Part shown: piece after piece, positions 35,277 to 45,359 of the stretch
How positions within the stretch are numbered: the stretch's first letter is position 1
How the letters are laid out: every line of letters starts with the position of its first letter
Source: an uncultured Alphaproteobacteria bacterium
Lineage (GTDB): Bacteria > Pseudomonadota > Alphaproteobacteria > Rs-D84
NCBI GenBank assembly: GCA_905234185.1
Contig: CAJOGC010000002.1
Span: 103,949-167,948, forward strand
Reading direction: 5' to 3'
DNA: 64,000 nucleotides
Notes under the pieces: model-generated
Databases searched by the model: none
What the model was told of the DNA's origin: nothing
What the model saw: the letters and a program-made list of their open reading frames with translations, nothing else
Made by a program: the position numbers and the translations under genes

Positions 35277-35663
35277 TTATTCCAGAATCGCTTTTGCCTG
35301 TTGCAAATAACTTATTGCGACCGCAATTGCGTCTGTATCGATATTGGCACCCGACCGTATTGGTTCCGCCGGTGCAACGGGCTTTGGTTTAACCGCGCGA
35401 ACTTCGGCACTTAATTCGCCGTCATGTATCATTTTTTTTACGCCATTGATTGTCATACCGCGGTCATACAATAGCGATTTTATTGTTTCCAACTTGGTAA
35501 CCGTTTCTGGCCGATAATAACGACGGCCACCCGCGCCCGTTGTTGGACGAATTGCGGTTGGAAATTGCTTTTCCCAATAGCGCAGGGTATGTGCCGGCAC
35601 AGACAGACGTTTTGCAACTTCATTTATCGAAACAAAATATTCTTTGTCCATGTCGGCCCCCAT
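35277..35663 (-). CDS. MerR-family transcriptional regulator
   Basis: The HTH is present (FVSINEVAKRLSVPAHTLRYWEKQF...GGRRYYRPETV). The alternative start is MDKEYF at 35651. Confidence 0.8.
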   Translation of the reverse strand: MGADMDKEYFVSINEVAKRLSVPAHTLRYWEKQFPTAIRPTTGAGGRRYYRPETVTKLETIKSLLYDRGMTINGVKKMIHDGELSAEVRAVKPKPVAPAEPIRSGANIDTDAIAVAISYLQQAKAILE

Positions 35664-35666
35664 ATG

Positions 35667-38414
35667 TTATTCTGCAACTGGTTCACTTGGTGCATCCGCT
35701 GTGGCTTCGTCTGTCGATTCTTCTTCGTGTTCGATTGAAATCGCAGACATAACCCGTTCATTTTCCGCCGTACGGAACAGTGTCACGCCCGCCGTTGCGC
35801 GGCCCGCAATACGAACATCCGCAACCGGGGTACGAATAATCTTGCCGCCGTCCGTCACCATGATTATGTCGTGATTATCGTCAACCGGGAACGAACCCGC
35901 CACCGCGGTATTTTTACCCCCCAGTTTAATGTTCGCAAATCCCGAACCGCCACGGTGCGTAATACGATATTCATATGACGATGTACGTTTTCCAAATCCA
36001 TTTTCAGAAATCGTCAAAATGAATTGTTCGTTTGCCGCCAGCTCGGCCATCTTGGCATCGTCCAGCACCAAATCTGTTGTCTCTTCTTCGGCATCTGCTT
36101 CTTCTTCGATACCGGTTGCGGCACGACGTGCGGCACGACTCTGTTTAATATATGCGGCACGCACTGCGGAATCTGTTTCACCATGGTTCAGCATTGCCAT
36201 ACCGATAATACGATCATCCTTGGCCAATGTTAATCCACGAACACCCGTTGAATTACGTCCCGCAAAGATACGAATTTCGTTCACCGGGAATCGAATGCAG
36301 CGCCCACGATATGTCGCCAAGAACACATCTTGGTCTTCGGTGCACGGCAGAACGGAAATCAAACTTTCGCCGTCGTCCAATTTCATTGCAATCTTTCCGT
36401 TTGCACGGATTGAATCAAAGTCCGACATACGATTACGACGCACCGTCCCGGACGAAGTCGCAAACATAAGGAAGTGCTCTTTACCGCTTTCGGCAACACG
36501 TTGCACTTCTTCTTCGGAAACAGGCAAAATTGCGGTAATTGTTTCGCCCGCCTCTAACGGCAACAGGTTCACCAACGGACGCCCCTTGGCCGCCGCCGCG
36601 GCTTCGGGTAATTTATATGTTTTCAATTTATAGCATAAGCCCTTGGAACTAAAGAACAACAACGGTGTGTGTGTATTTGCAACGAACACCTGGACCACAT
36701 AGTCGTCGTCCTTGGTCGTCATGGCATTGCGTCCCTTGCCCCCGCGTTTTTGTGCACGATATGTATCCAGCGCAACACGTTTGATATAGCCTGTATTCGA
36801 CACTGTCACAACCATATCTTCGCGTGCAATCAAATCTTCCATATCAATGTCGATTTCCGCATCAGAAATTTCGGTTCTGCGCTTTGATGACCAGTTATCA
36901 CGTTCGTCTATCGTCTCTTCGCGAATAATTTGAACGATACGCGCATGACTGCCCAAAATATCTAACAAATCTTTAATCTGGGCACCCAAGTCAACCAAGT
37001 CACTGTGAATCTTGTCGCGTTCCAAACCGGTCAAACGGTGTAATTGCAATTCCAGAATTGCGCGCGCCTGATCTTCGGACATGCGGAACATACCGTTTTC
37101 ATATTCGGTATTTGGATCATCAATTAACTTAATATAACTTTCGATATCCGCCGCGTGCCAAGTACGAGAAACCAACTGTTCACGGGCAACATCGGGATTT
37201 GGACTTGATTTAATAAGTTCGATAACTTCGTCCAGATTGCCAACCGCAACGGTTAAACCCAACAAAGTGTGTGCACGATTACGCGCCTTGTTCAAATCGA
37301 AAATAGTTCTACGACGAATAACCTCTATACGAAAATCAATGAACGCATCCAACACGCCACGAATATTGAACAACATCGGGCGACCACGATTCAACGCCAT
37401 TAAATTCACTGGGAAATTCGTCTGCATTTCAGTGTATTGGAACAACTGATTCAGCACGACATCCGGAATTGCGTCGCGTTTTAATTCGATAACAACACGC
37501 AGACCTTCCTTGGACGATTCATCACGAATTTCGGCAATACCCTCTATTCTTTTATCCTTGGCCAGTTCCGCAATTTTGATAATCATTTGCGATTTATTAA
37601 CCTGGTACGGAATTTCATCAACAACAATCGCCGGATGATCGTGGAAAGTTTCCATATGTGTTTTTGCACGAACGATAATTGATCCACGACCCGTTGTGTG
37701 CGCCTTGTACGCGCCGCTGCGCCCCATAATAACAGCACCAGTCGGGAAGTCCGGTCCTGGAATAATTTCAAACAATTCATCATCGGAAATATTCGAGTTA
37801 TCCAAAATTGCTAAAATACCATTACACAATTCGCCCAAATTGTATGTCGGAACATTTGTCGCCATACCAACGGCAATACCAGAACCACCGTTTACCAAGA
37901 AGTTTGGAAACTTGGTCGGCAAAACAACCGGTTCTTGTAAAGTGCCGTCAAAGTTCGGTTGCCAATCAACGGTATCTTTATCTAAATCGTCCATCATTGA
38001 CGCGCCAAGTTTTGACAGGCGCGCTTCGGTATAACGCATGGCCGCCGCTTTATCCCCGTCGCGCGAACCGAAATTACCCTGACCCTGGACCAGCATTTCA
38101 CCCATGGAAAAATCCTGACCCATACGGACCATAGCCTCGTATATAGAACTGTCGCCATGCGGGTGATATTTACCCATAACATCACCGACAATACGTGCCG
38201 ATTTAACCGTTGCACGTGTCGCCGGCGCAACATCATTCATAACATACAAAATGCGGCGATGCACCGGTTTACAGCCGTCGCGAACATCCGGCAACGCACG
38301 ATCAACAATAACCGACATTGCGTAATCCAGAAAACTTGTTCGCATTTCATGTTCCAATGAAGATTGTGGAACTTTTATTTCGTTTATTTCGTTTGTTTCG
38401 ATAATTTCAGACAT
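35667..38414 (-). CDS. gyrA: DNA gyrase subunit A
   Basis: [34 protein letters not shown], the active-site region [10 protein letters not shown], and C-terminal beta-pinwheel repeats are present. The start is moved to ATG 38414 (MSEIIETN). Confidence 0.95.
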   Translation of the reverse strand: MSEIIETNEINEIKVPQSSLEHEMRTSFLDYAMSVIVDRALPDVRDGCKPVHRRILYVMNDVAPATRATVKSARIVGDVMGKYHPHGDSSIYEAMVRMGQDFSMGEMLVQGQGNFGSRDGDKAAAMRYTEARLSKLGASMMDDLDKDTVDWQPNFDGTLQEPVVLPTKFPNFLVNGGSGIAVGMATNVPTYNLGELCNGILAILDNSNISDDELFEIIPGPDFPTGAVIMGRSGAYKAHTTGRGSIIVRAKTHMETFHDHPAIVVDEIPYQVNKSQMIIKIAELAKDKRIEGIAEIRDESSKEGLRVVIELKRDAIPDVVLNQLFQYTEMQTNFPVNLMALNRGRPMLFNIRGVLDAFIDFRIEVIRRRTIFDLNKARNRAHTLLGLTVAVGNLDEVIELIKSSPNPDVAREQLVSRTWHAADIESYIKLIDDPNTEYENGMFRMSEDQARAILELQLHRLTGLERDKIHSDLVDLGAQIKDLLDILGSHARIVQIIREETIDERDNWSSKRRTEISDAEIDIDMEDLIAREDMVVTVSNTGYIKRVALDTYRAQKRGGKGRNAMTTKDDDYVVQVFVANTHTPLLFFSSKGLCYKLKTYKLPEAAAAAKGRPLVNLLPLEAGETITAILPVSEEEVQRVAESGKEHFLMFATSSGTVRRNRMSDFDSIRANGKIAMKLDDGESLISVLPCTEDQDVFLATYRGRCIRFPVNEIRIFAGRNSTGVRGLTLAKDDRIIGMAMLNHGETDSAVRAAYIKQSRAARRAATGIEEEADAEEETTDLVLDDAKMAELAANEQFILTISENGFGKRTSSYEYRITHRGGSGFANIKLGGKNTAVAGSFPVDDNHDIIMVTDGGKIIRTPVADVRIAGRATAGVTLFRTAENERVMSAISIEHEEESTDEATADAPSEPVAE

Positions 38415-38553
38415 CCTTAGATTCCCTTGTTTTTTAGCATATAAAGCATAGCAAAATTTTGTCGCACGGGTCAAGACATAAAGCCTAAAAATTACATTGA
38501 CAAACCACATTTTTGTAATACAATAAACCGCAGAATTCAGGGAAAAACATAAA

Positions 38554-38667
38554 ATGAATGCAACAAAAAGTTTATTTTTACCGTTGTGGCAGTTTTTTGC
38601 CGCGGTTTTTGTGTATTATTTAATACTGGAAGCGTTAAAGAAAGTTGGATTAATAAAATCTAAATAA
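38554..38667 (+). CDS. possible 37-aa small membrane protein
   Basis: It is not in the ORF track because it is under 60 aa. It reads [37 protein letters not shown] and is preceded by TTGACA-16-TACAAT and an AGGGAAAA RBS. This is speculative. Confidence 0.25.
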   Translation: MNATKSLFLPLWQFFAAVFVYYLILEALKKVGLIKSK

Positions 38668-38723
38668 AAAGGTTGCGTTTTATAAAAACCTGTGATTAAA
38701 TAGGTGCGCAAAAGGATTTAGTT

Positions 38724-38876
38724 ATGGCAACAAAAAGAACATATCAACCGTCAAAAACACGCCGTGTAAAGACACACGGGTTCCGTGAAAAAATGGCAAC
38801 GAAAAGCGGCCGCGATGTTTTGAATCGTCGTCGGGCGAAGGGTCGCGCACGCATTGCCGTTTCCGCGGTTAACTAA
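38724..38876 (+). CDS. rpmH: 50S ribosomal protein L34
   Basis: It is not in the ORF track (50 aa). The translation [50 protein letters not shown] is the canonical L34 sequence. Confidence 0.9.
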   Translation: MATKRTYQPSKTRRVKTHGFREKMATKSGRDVLNRRRAKGRARIAVSAVN

Positions 38877-38979
38877 TACGGTAAAACCCAAAACGGTTTT
38901 TATAAAAAATCCGGCAATCGCCGGTTTTTTATTTATAATAAAATCTTAAAATAAATGGGGCAAATGCCCCATTTCCAAT

Positions 38980-39309
38980 TTATTTCTGATTTTTCTCACC
39001 AGCCAACAAAGCCAGTGTTTTTTTATCTTGCGCACTCAGCTGTTTACTAACCTTGTTGCTTCCATCGCAGCGAACACGCAACGCTGTAGCGATTTCATCA
39101 AAATCTTTATCTCCCACCGCGATTTCTTCGCCACCAATTTTCAACCAACGTCCATAGCCACTGTCCCAATCATTAAAAATTTCTATCATAACACGGCCCG
39201 TCGGCGATGTCAGAGTCATCTCTTCATCCCCCATACGCGCGAATCTCTTGGGTGTGTTTTCCGGATTTTTTATTTCGGTAATAATCTGCCCTTTTACATA
39301 TGGATTCAT
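38980..39309 (-). CDS. hypothetical protein, 109 aa
   Basis: The start is moved to ATG 39309 (MNPYVKGQ), which has an AAAGGAG RBS. I recognise no domain. Confidence 0.5.
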   Translation of the reverse strand: MNPYVKGQIITEIKNPENTPKRFARMGDEEMTLTSPTGRVMIEIFNDWDSGYGRWLKIGGEEIAVGDKDFDEIATALRVRCDGSNKVSKQLSAQDKKTLALLAGEKNQK

Positions 39310-39429
39310 AATAAAACTCCTTTGATAATTCACTATATTTACGGAAATAATTGTATCACAAAAAACATAATAATCAAACAAAAACGGATAGGGTTGTTGG
39401 CAGGTATAAAAAAACGCGTAGCGTTTTCG

Positions 39430-39501
39430 CCTGCCCCCATTTTGTGGGGCGGGACAGAGTCGGCTTATGAACGCAGTGAATTAGCGACTCTTGGGTGGGG
39501 G
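39430..39501 (+). repeat. PAL-B element arm flanking the DUF559 gene (left)
   Basis: CCTGCCCCCATTTTGTGGGGCGGGACAGAGTCGGCTTATGAACGCAGTGAATTAGCGACTCTTGGGTGGGGG. It ends 2 nt before the DUF559 stop codon. Confidence 0.8.
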
Positions 39502-39503
39502 CA

Positions 39504-39890
39504 TTATTTTCCCCATCGCGACACAAAAAATTCATTAAAATCCAAATGTTCGTTTATACACATGTGCAATGTATCAACAACCGTTTTCATACCTTGTTTC
39601 GTTAATTCTGCATTTGCAACACGAATAACTTTATAGCCCTGTGATTCTATAAACTCTGTGCGCTTGTTGTCGTATTCAATATTTTCTGCGTGTTGGTTGC
39701 CATCAAGTTCAATAACCAATTTCAATTCATTACACACAAAATCAACATAATATGGACCAAACGGTTGTTGCCGGCGGAACTTTACCCCCAGTTTGTTATT
39801 ATTAATTTGATACCAGAATTTGCGTTCTGGGTCAGACATATTTTTACGCAGGTTTTTTGCACGAATAATGTTTGCTGGGTGATTTGTCAT
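39504..39890 (-). CDS. DUF559 (Vsr-like PD-(D/E)XK) endonuclease-domain protein
   Basis: AKNLRKNMSDPERKFWYQI...KFRRQQPFGPYYVDFVCNELKLVIELDGNQH...YDNKRTEFIESQGYKVIRV is the typical DUF559 sequence. Confidence 0.8.
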   Translation of the reverse strand: MTNHPANIIRAKNLRKNMSDPERKFWYQINNNKLGVKFRRQQPFGPYYVDFVCNELKLVIELDGNQHAENIEYDNKRTEFIESQGYKVIRVANAELTKQGMKTVVDTLHMCINEHLDFNEFFVSRWGK

Positions 39891-39902
39891 AATACAATTT
39901 TA

Positions 39903-39985
39903 CCCCCACCCAAGATTTTCATCAACATTAAAAATGTTGTGAAAATCTGTCCCGCCCCACACGCACAATGTGCGCGGGGGCAGGT
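39903..39985 (-). repeat. PAL-B element arm flanking the DUF559 gene (right, inverted)
   Basis: CCCCCACCCAAGATTTTCATCAACATTAAAAATGTTGTGAAAATCTGTCCCGCCCCACACGCACAATGTGCGCGGGGGCAGG. It starts 12 nt upstream of the DUF559 ATG. On the minus strand it supplies TTGATG-17-TAAAAT. Confidence 0.8.
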
Positions 39986-40010
39986 GAAAAATGCACCAAA
40001 CGGCGCATTT

Positions 40011-40742
40011 TTATTCCCTTTTTGCCCAACGACAAATTACAATCGCGTGGTCGGCGGAATCGGTGCGGATTTTGTGATAAGATGTATTGCCGTCTATTTT
40101 AACATCAACAAATACTTCCGGGGTTTCTGGATTTATTTCTTTCTTATAGTTTAATTCAATACCACACAATTTATGTTCATTGCGATATACATACCCAACA
40201 CTTTCCGTTGCCCATACCGCATAAACCGCATTGTTAATATGCTGATTCACATCGATATCATCGAAACGGCATTTCATAATATGTGTCTTTTCCGCATCAA
40301 AATCGGGAAACTTATCAAATGTCCGATTAAACGCGCGTTCGTTCACCAAAATATCCGCCGGCAATTTATCTTCCAATAACACAGGACGCCGACGTTCCAT
40401 ATCAATCAAAACCCACTGGGACGTCGCGCGAACCATTAACCGATTATCAGACCCACGAATTTCAAAATCGCGCACCGTACGCAAAGCGTCCGATATCGAC
40501 GGCCATGTGGTAAATTGTAATTCCTCGTTCTCGTGTGGCAATTCAACGATATCCACCAAATAATGCGTCACCACCCACGCCAAATTGTTTTCCAACAAGA
40601 ATGTGCGCCCAACGCCTAACAATTCCGCATGCGTGTCCGCCATTGATTGCAATTCGTTCATCAAAATAAGTGGACGAACATTGCCATAGCGGTCACATTG
40701 ATACGCCTGCAACTTTCTAATCTCGGTGTATTTGTCCGCCAT
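40011..40742 (-). CDS. acyl-ACP thioesterase-family protein
   Basis: It shows a double hot-dog pattern (RYGNVRPLILMNELQSMADTHAELLGVG...LAWVVTHY and ...DIDVNQHINNAVY). It overlaps the valS stop by 1 nt. Confidence 0.7.
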   Translation of the reverse strand: MADKYTEIRKLQAYQCDRYGNVRPLILMNELQSMADTHAELLGVGRTFLLENNLAWVVTHYLVDIVELPHENEELQFTTWPSISDALRTVRDFEIRGSDNRLMVRATSQWVLIDMERRRPVLLEDKLPADILVNERAFNRTFDKFPDFDAEKTHIMKCRFDDIDVNQHINNAVYAVWATESVGYVYRNEHKLCGIELNYKKEINPETPEVFVDVKIDGNTSYHKIRTDSADHAIVICRWAKRE

Positions 40743-43147
40743 TATTTTTCCCCGTTATTTTCGGCAACAACAAAATCAACAGAATCGCCCAAAACAATTT
40801 CATTCGCACGCGCGGCGGATTTAATTACACCATGCAAGACAGACGGCGTGTCACTTGGAATCGTCAATGTTTCCAACTTTGCACCGTTACCAACCTTGCG
40901 TTCTGTGCGCAGGCCACGCACCGTTTTCAGAATATCCAGTGCAATCTGCATTTCAGAAACGTCCGTTTCACGTGCCGCGTCCACTTCCGGATACGCGGTT
41001 AAGTGTAATGTTTCGCCACCTTCGACATCTTTGTAAATTTTTTGCCATAATTCCTCGGTAATGAACGGTATGAACGGTGCATACAAACCAATTATGCTGC
41101 GCAACACTTCCCACAATGTCCACTGTGCTGCTAATTTCGATTCCGCACTGTATTTTTCCGGCGACCAAAATCTATCTTTGATAAACTCCAGATACTGATC
41201 ACAGAATATATCCCAGAAGAATGTATCAATCGCCACCCGGGAATTATAGTTATCATATTTATCAAGATTCCGACGCGTTTCCACAATCGTCTTATTCAAT
41301 TCAGACAACACCCAACGATCTTCAACGAAACGATTTTCAATTTCGATTTTCTGTGACGCACGCGGATCAAAATCTTCCAAATTCATCAAAACATAGCGCG
41401 ACGCATTCCACAACTTGGTTAACAATTTAGAACCACGTTTTACTTCATCATCACTGTATCTTAAATCGGTTCCAATTGGCGCGGTTGCAACCCAATAACG
41501 CAACGCATCAGTTCCGAATTTTTCAACCGTCGTTAATGGGTCAACACCGTTGCCCTTGGTCTTGGACATCTTTTGTCCCTTGGAATCACGAACAAGCCCA
41601 TGAAAATTCACTGTTTTGAACGGCACATCGCCCATAACATAGATACCCATCATAATCATACGCGCAACCCAAAAGAAAATAATATCGGCCGCGGTGTACA
41701 ATAAATCGGTTGGATAATATTTCTTTAATTCGGGTGTCACATCTGGCCAACCCAATGTTGAAAATGGCCACAGTCCAGACGAAAACCATGTATCCAAAAC
41801 ATCTGGATCGCGGTTCAGTTTTTTACCGCCTGATTGTTTAATCGCCTCTTCTTCGGTTTCGGCGACATACACATTACCATCCGCATCATACCAGGCCGGT
41901 ATATGGTGTCCCCACCACAATTGCCGCGATATTGCCCATGGACGAATTTCACGCATCCATGCCATAAACAGGTTGTAACGATGTTCTGGCATAAACTTTA
42001 TCTTGCCCTCTTCTACCGCTTTGATAGCAGGCTTGGCTAACTTTTCTGCATCAACGAACCATTGATCCGACAACCACGGTTCAACAACCACCCCGCCACG
42101 TTCGGAATATGGTGTTGGAATAATTTTATCTTCGACCTTGACCAACAATCCAGCCGCTTCAATATCCGCCATAACCGCCGCGCGCGCATCGTATCTATCC
42201 ATACCCCAATATTTTTCGGGGACCGGCGCGCTTGACACCATTTTCGCGGTTGGTGTTAAAATACAAACCGGGGTCAAATTGTGACGCAGGCCAACCTCAT
42301 AGTCATCAAAGTCGTGCGCCGGTGTAATTTTCACCGCACCGGTTCCTTTTTCCGGGTCGGCATGAACATCACCGATAATCGGAATTTCTATATCGGTCAG
42401 CGGAATAATCGCCCGCTTCCCGATTAAATGTTTCAATTTTTCATTTTCTGGATGAACCGCAATTGCCTGATCACCAAAAAGTGTTTCCGGGCGCGTTGTT
42501 GCAATTTCAACAAAGCCACCGTCAACCAATGGATAGTTGAAATAATAAAACTTGCCGTGTTCTTCGCGCGTTTCAACCTCTAAATCAGAAACCGATGTTT
42601 GTTGTTTCGGGCACCAATTCACCATGCGTTTTGCACGATAAATTAACCCCTCAGAATACATTTGGACGAACAGTTTTGTGACCGCACGCGACAACCCATC
42701 GTCCATTGTAAACCGTTCGCGTTTCCACACCGGCGTCACACCCAAAATATGCAACTGATTTATAATCTGGCCACCCTTGTCATTTTTCCATTTCCACGCA
42801 ATATCTAATTTTTCATCGACCGATAAACTGTGTGGGTTAATGCCGCGCTTGGACAAATCGCGTTCCACCAATAACTGTGTTGCAATTGATGCATGGTCGG
42901 TTCCGGGTTGCCATAAAACATCATATCCGCACATACGTTTATAGCGGCAAACTATATCGCTCAAAACATTATCCAGCGCATGCCCCATATGCAGATTTCC
43001 CGTCACATTTGGTGGCGGCATCATCATACAGAACGACTTTTTAGCCGATTTCACATCATTTGCCCAAAAATCGTTGCTATCCCAGAATTCCTGGATTCTG
43101 GTTTCAATTTCGCGCGGACTGATATTTTTACCCAATTCTATTTTCAT
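40742..43147 (-). CDS. valS: valyl-tRNA synthetase (short, 801 aa)
   Basis: The HIGH-type motif (PPPNVTGNLHMGHA), the KMSKS motif (KMSKTKGN) and the editing-domain region are present. No long C-terminal coiled coil is visible. Confidence 0.95.
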   Translation of the reverse strand: MKIELGKNISPREIETRIQEFWDSNDFWANDVKSAKKSFCMMMPPPNVTGNLHMGHALDNVLSDIVCRYKRMCGYDVLWQPGTDHASIATQLLVERDLSKRGINPHSLSVDEKLDIAWKWKNDKGGQIINQLHILGVTPVWKRERFTMDDGLSRAVTKLFVQMYSEGLIYRAKRMVNWCPKQQTSVSDLEVETREEHGKFYYFNYPLVDGGFVEIATTRPETLFGDQAIAVHPENEKLKHLIGKRAIIPLTDIEIPIIGDVHADPEKGTGAVKITPAHDFDDYEVGLRHNLTPVCILTPTAKMVSSAPVPEKYWGMDRYDARAAVMADIEAAGLLVKVEDKIIPTPYSERGGVVVEPWLSDQWFVDAEKLAKPAIKAVEEGKIKFMPEHRYNLFMAWMREIRPWAISRQLWWGHHIPAWYDADGNVYVAETEEEAIKQSGGKKLNRDPDVLDTWFSSGLWPFSTLGWPDVTPELKKYYPTDLLYTAADIIFFWVARMIMMGIYVMGDVPFKTVNFHGLVRDSKGQKMSKTKGNGVDPLTTVEKFGTDALRYWVATAPIGTDLRYSDDEVKRGSKLLTKLWNASRYVLMNLEDFDPRASQKIEIENRFVEDRWVLSELNKTIVETRRNLDKYDNYNSRVAIDTFFWDIFCDQYLEFIKDRFWSPEKYSAESKLAAQWTLWEVLRSIIGLYAPFIPFITEELWQKIYKDVEGGETLHLTAYPEVDAARETDVSEMQIALDILKTVRGLRTERKVGNGAKLETLTIPSDTPSVLHGVIKSAARANEIVLGDSVDFVVAENNGEK

Positions 43148-43276
43148 GTTTTGACCCCGATATTGCGATACACTTAACCGCCCAATCTTAGCATATTAAA
43201 ATCAGATTTCAAGCATACAAAATACGCCCCAAACAAACCATTGACAAAGTATAATTATGTGTCAAAATTGCTTTTA

Positions 43277-43693
43277 ATGACATCGAATGATATTATTTTG
43301 CTAAAATATTTTGCGACAACGGAAAACATTTCCGTGCATTATTTTGATGGTGGCAAGTATTATGAAATTCCTGTGGCCGCCTGTTTGTTTGATGACGGGG
43401 ATAATCCATCGGATGACTTTGACGACTGTATTGATATGATTGTTGCTTGTTGGTATGTAATGCAAATGGGAATACCCTTTATTCGTTGTGAAATAGGATC
43501 CAAAACATCTAATTCAACCATAGAGCAAATTTACATTCCATTGGATCCGGCCCGTCGTGATAAACATCAACGCGAAATAATGTCATTGTTAAACGCATGT
43601 TCTAAACGCGTCATAGCGATGGAAATGGCACGTAATAAATACGCAATTACAACCGCATTGGAATCTGCAAACGCAAACAAACAATACAGCTAG
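43277..43693 (+). CDS. hypothetical protein, paralog of the 44146 gene
   Basis: The start is uncertain. The track start TTG 43241 is part of a TTGACA hexamer, and ATG 43277 gives MTSNDIILL. The C-terminal block LLNACSKRVIAMEMARNKY parallels LMRKCSDKIIAQEQAAQKY in the third gene. Confidence 0.5.
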   Translation: MTSNDIILLKYFATTENISVHYFDGGKYYEIPVAACLFDDGDNPSDDFDDCIDMIVACWYVMQMGIPFIRCEIGSKTSNSTIEQIYIPLDPARRDKHQREIMSLLNACSKRVIAMEMARNKYAITTALESANANKQYS

Positions 43694-43706
43694 AAAAGGT
43701 CCCCGA

Positions 43707-44129
43707 ATGAGAAAAATTGTATATCAAAACATTATGAAACTTATCAAAGAAAACCATTCGTCTGCTAGACAAACGCTACATGGTACAAGATATGTATTGC
43801 GTGGCGAATATGGCACCACGATTCTTAGTTTATATCGCGACCCCTATAAAATTAAATTATTTATAAATGATGTTTTATTTGCATCTGAATCATTGAAAAA
43901 GCGCGTAATGCCGTTTGATCAAACATATGAGCATCTTCAACAACTATACAAAATTGAACGTGCATTAAAAGGTGAACCAACACAATATGCGATTGCACCC
44001 AACTTTTCTGCCAAATGTCGTGCTCGTTGTGGTGCGACCCCAAAACAAACCGGTGAATTACACCTTGCATGGTCTAAATCATGCAAAATAAACTATGTAA
44101 TGTATGACGCACTGGGCAACAGCCGTTAA
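43707..44129 (+). CDS. hypothetical protein, 140 aa
   Basis: The ORF lies between the two paralogs. I recognise no domain. Confidence 0.5.
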   Translation: MRKIVYQNIMKLIKENHSSARQTLHGTRYVLRGEYGTTILSLYRDPYKIKLFINDVLFASESLKKRVMPFDQTYEHLQQLYKIERALKGEPTQYAIAPNFSAKCRARCGATPKQTGELHLAWSKSCKINYVMYDALGNSR

Positions 44130-44145
44130 TAAAAAAGCATCCGTT

Positions 44146-44652
44146 ATGAACAAACCATTAAAAAACTATTTACAAAGAATAATAAAAAACGAATATGTTT
44201 CTGTATATCATGACTATGATGGTCAAAAAACTACATATTCTATTCCATATAACGCATCGCTTGCACCACGATCGGTAAGGTTGACATTGATTCGCGCGCT
44301 GGGGTTGGACTATGACGATGATTTTGATGAAAACAATCCGCAAGACATAGACAAAATGTCATACAACCTGATTGCGGACGAAACCCCATTGTTTTCGTTA
44401 ACATCCGATCATTATATAAACAATCGTGGCACTCTTATGACCCACTATATTTTGGACTTTGATGGTCAGGTACTTACCGAAAAATCCTATAAGTCGGATA
44501 AATTAAGCGGGAAAAATCCGCTAATCCAATTAATGCGCAAATGTTCCGACAAAATAATAGCCCAGGAACAGGCCGCCCAAAAATACAAAATGGAAAAAAT
44601 GTTTGTATCAACAAATATATTTACACAGAATGTGCAACACGACAGAATGTGA
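44146..44652 (+). CDS. hypothetical protein, paralog of the 43277 gene
   Basis: The start is moved to ATG 44146 (MNKPLKNYL) to avoid overlap with the previous gene. It shares an acidic DDDFD(E/D) patch and the C-terminal helix with the first gene. Its 3' end overlaps the convergent comF gene by 32 nt. Confidence 0.5.
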   Translation: MNKPLKNYLQRIIKNEYVSVYHDYDGQKTTYSIPYNASLAPRSVRLTLIRALGLDYDDDFDENNPQDIDKMSYNLIADETPLFSLTSDHYINNRGTLMTHYILDFDGQVLTEKSYKSDKLSGKNPLIQLMRKCSDKIIAQEQAAQKYKMEKMFVSTNIFTQNVQHDRM

Positions 44653-45352
44653 CCCCATATACCGCAACTGCGCCCGCATCCACCAACACACGTCGCAATT
44701 CGTTAAATGTCGCACCCGTTGTCATAACATCATCAACCAATAAAATTTTCTTGCCCTGGATTTTATCGGGTTTACACACGGTAAAAACATTACGAATATT
44801 TCGTGCGCGTTGGGCACTGGTTTTATGTCCCATATTTTCACGATATTCGCGCGACACAGAATCTAAATCCATTTTTACACCAAACACATGTGCAATTGGG
44901 CGCGCCAGTAATGTCGCCTGGTTATATCCACGTTGGAACAATCTGCGCCGTGCAAGTGGAACCGGCATAACTATATCAGGTTCTATATCGACATCACGCA
45001 ACGCCCAAATCATCGCACGCGACATAAAACGTGCATACTGAATGTGTCCCGCATGTTTATATGGCAACATCGCCGCACGTGATGCATCATCATATACACA
45101 TGCCGACCGAATTAAATCCAATTCACATTTTCCAGACGCGCATGTTGGACACATCATATTTGGCCCCATATCAAAACTGGACGCAAACGGGAAACCACAA
45201 TGAATACATTTTGCACCATCAATCCAATTAAACGATGCCCAACAATCAACACATAATTCACCATGCGTTTCGACATGCGCATTACACAACGGACACGATG
45301 GTGGAAAAATAAAATCTATTAAATCCTGCAAATACCGGCGCCCAGATTTCAT
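44621..45352 (-). CDS. comF: ComF-family phosphoribosyltransferase-domain protein
   Basis: The N-terminal Cys clusters (PPSCPLCNA...CVDCW...CIHCG...CPTC) and the PRTase loop (ILLVDDVMTTGAT) are present. The start is moved to ATG 45352. Confidence 0.8.
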   Translation of the reverse strand: MKSGRRYLQDLIDFIFPPSCPLCNAHVETHGELCVDCWASFNWIDGAKCIHCGFPFASSFDMGPNMMCPTCASGKCELDLIRSACVYDDASRAAMLPYKHAGHIQYARFMSRAMIWALRDVDIEPDIVMPVPLARRRLFQRGYNQATLLARPIAHVFGVKMDLDSVSREYRENMGHKTSAQRARNIRNVFTVCKPDKIQGKKILLVDDVMTTGATFNELRRVLVDAGAVAVYGVTFCRVAHSV

Positions 45353-45359
45353 CGCGCAA

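Noticed and set aside
35929-36633. 234-aa ORF antisense to gyrA. Similar long antisense ORFs lie at 10333..10968, 27491..28135, 54315..54872, 59673..60359, 61063..61641 and 44541..45041.
   Set aside because: Each lies wholly within a conserved gene on the opposite strand and has low-complexity, Ser/Ala/Ile-rich composition. They are shadow ORFs.
39838-39853. A 13-nt identity (TTACGCAGGTTTT) between the DUF559 gene and the 3' end of the RND pump gene (27735..27747).
   Set aside because: Both encode an …NLR… tripeptide context. The match does not extend and is most simply coincidence.
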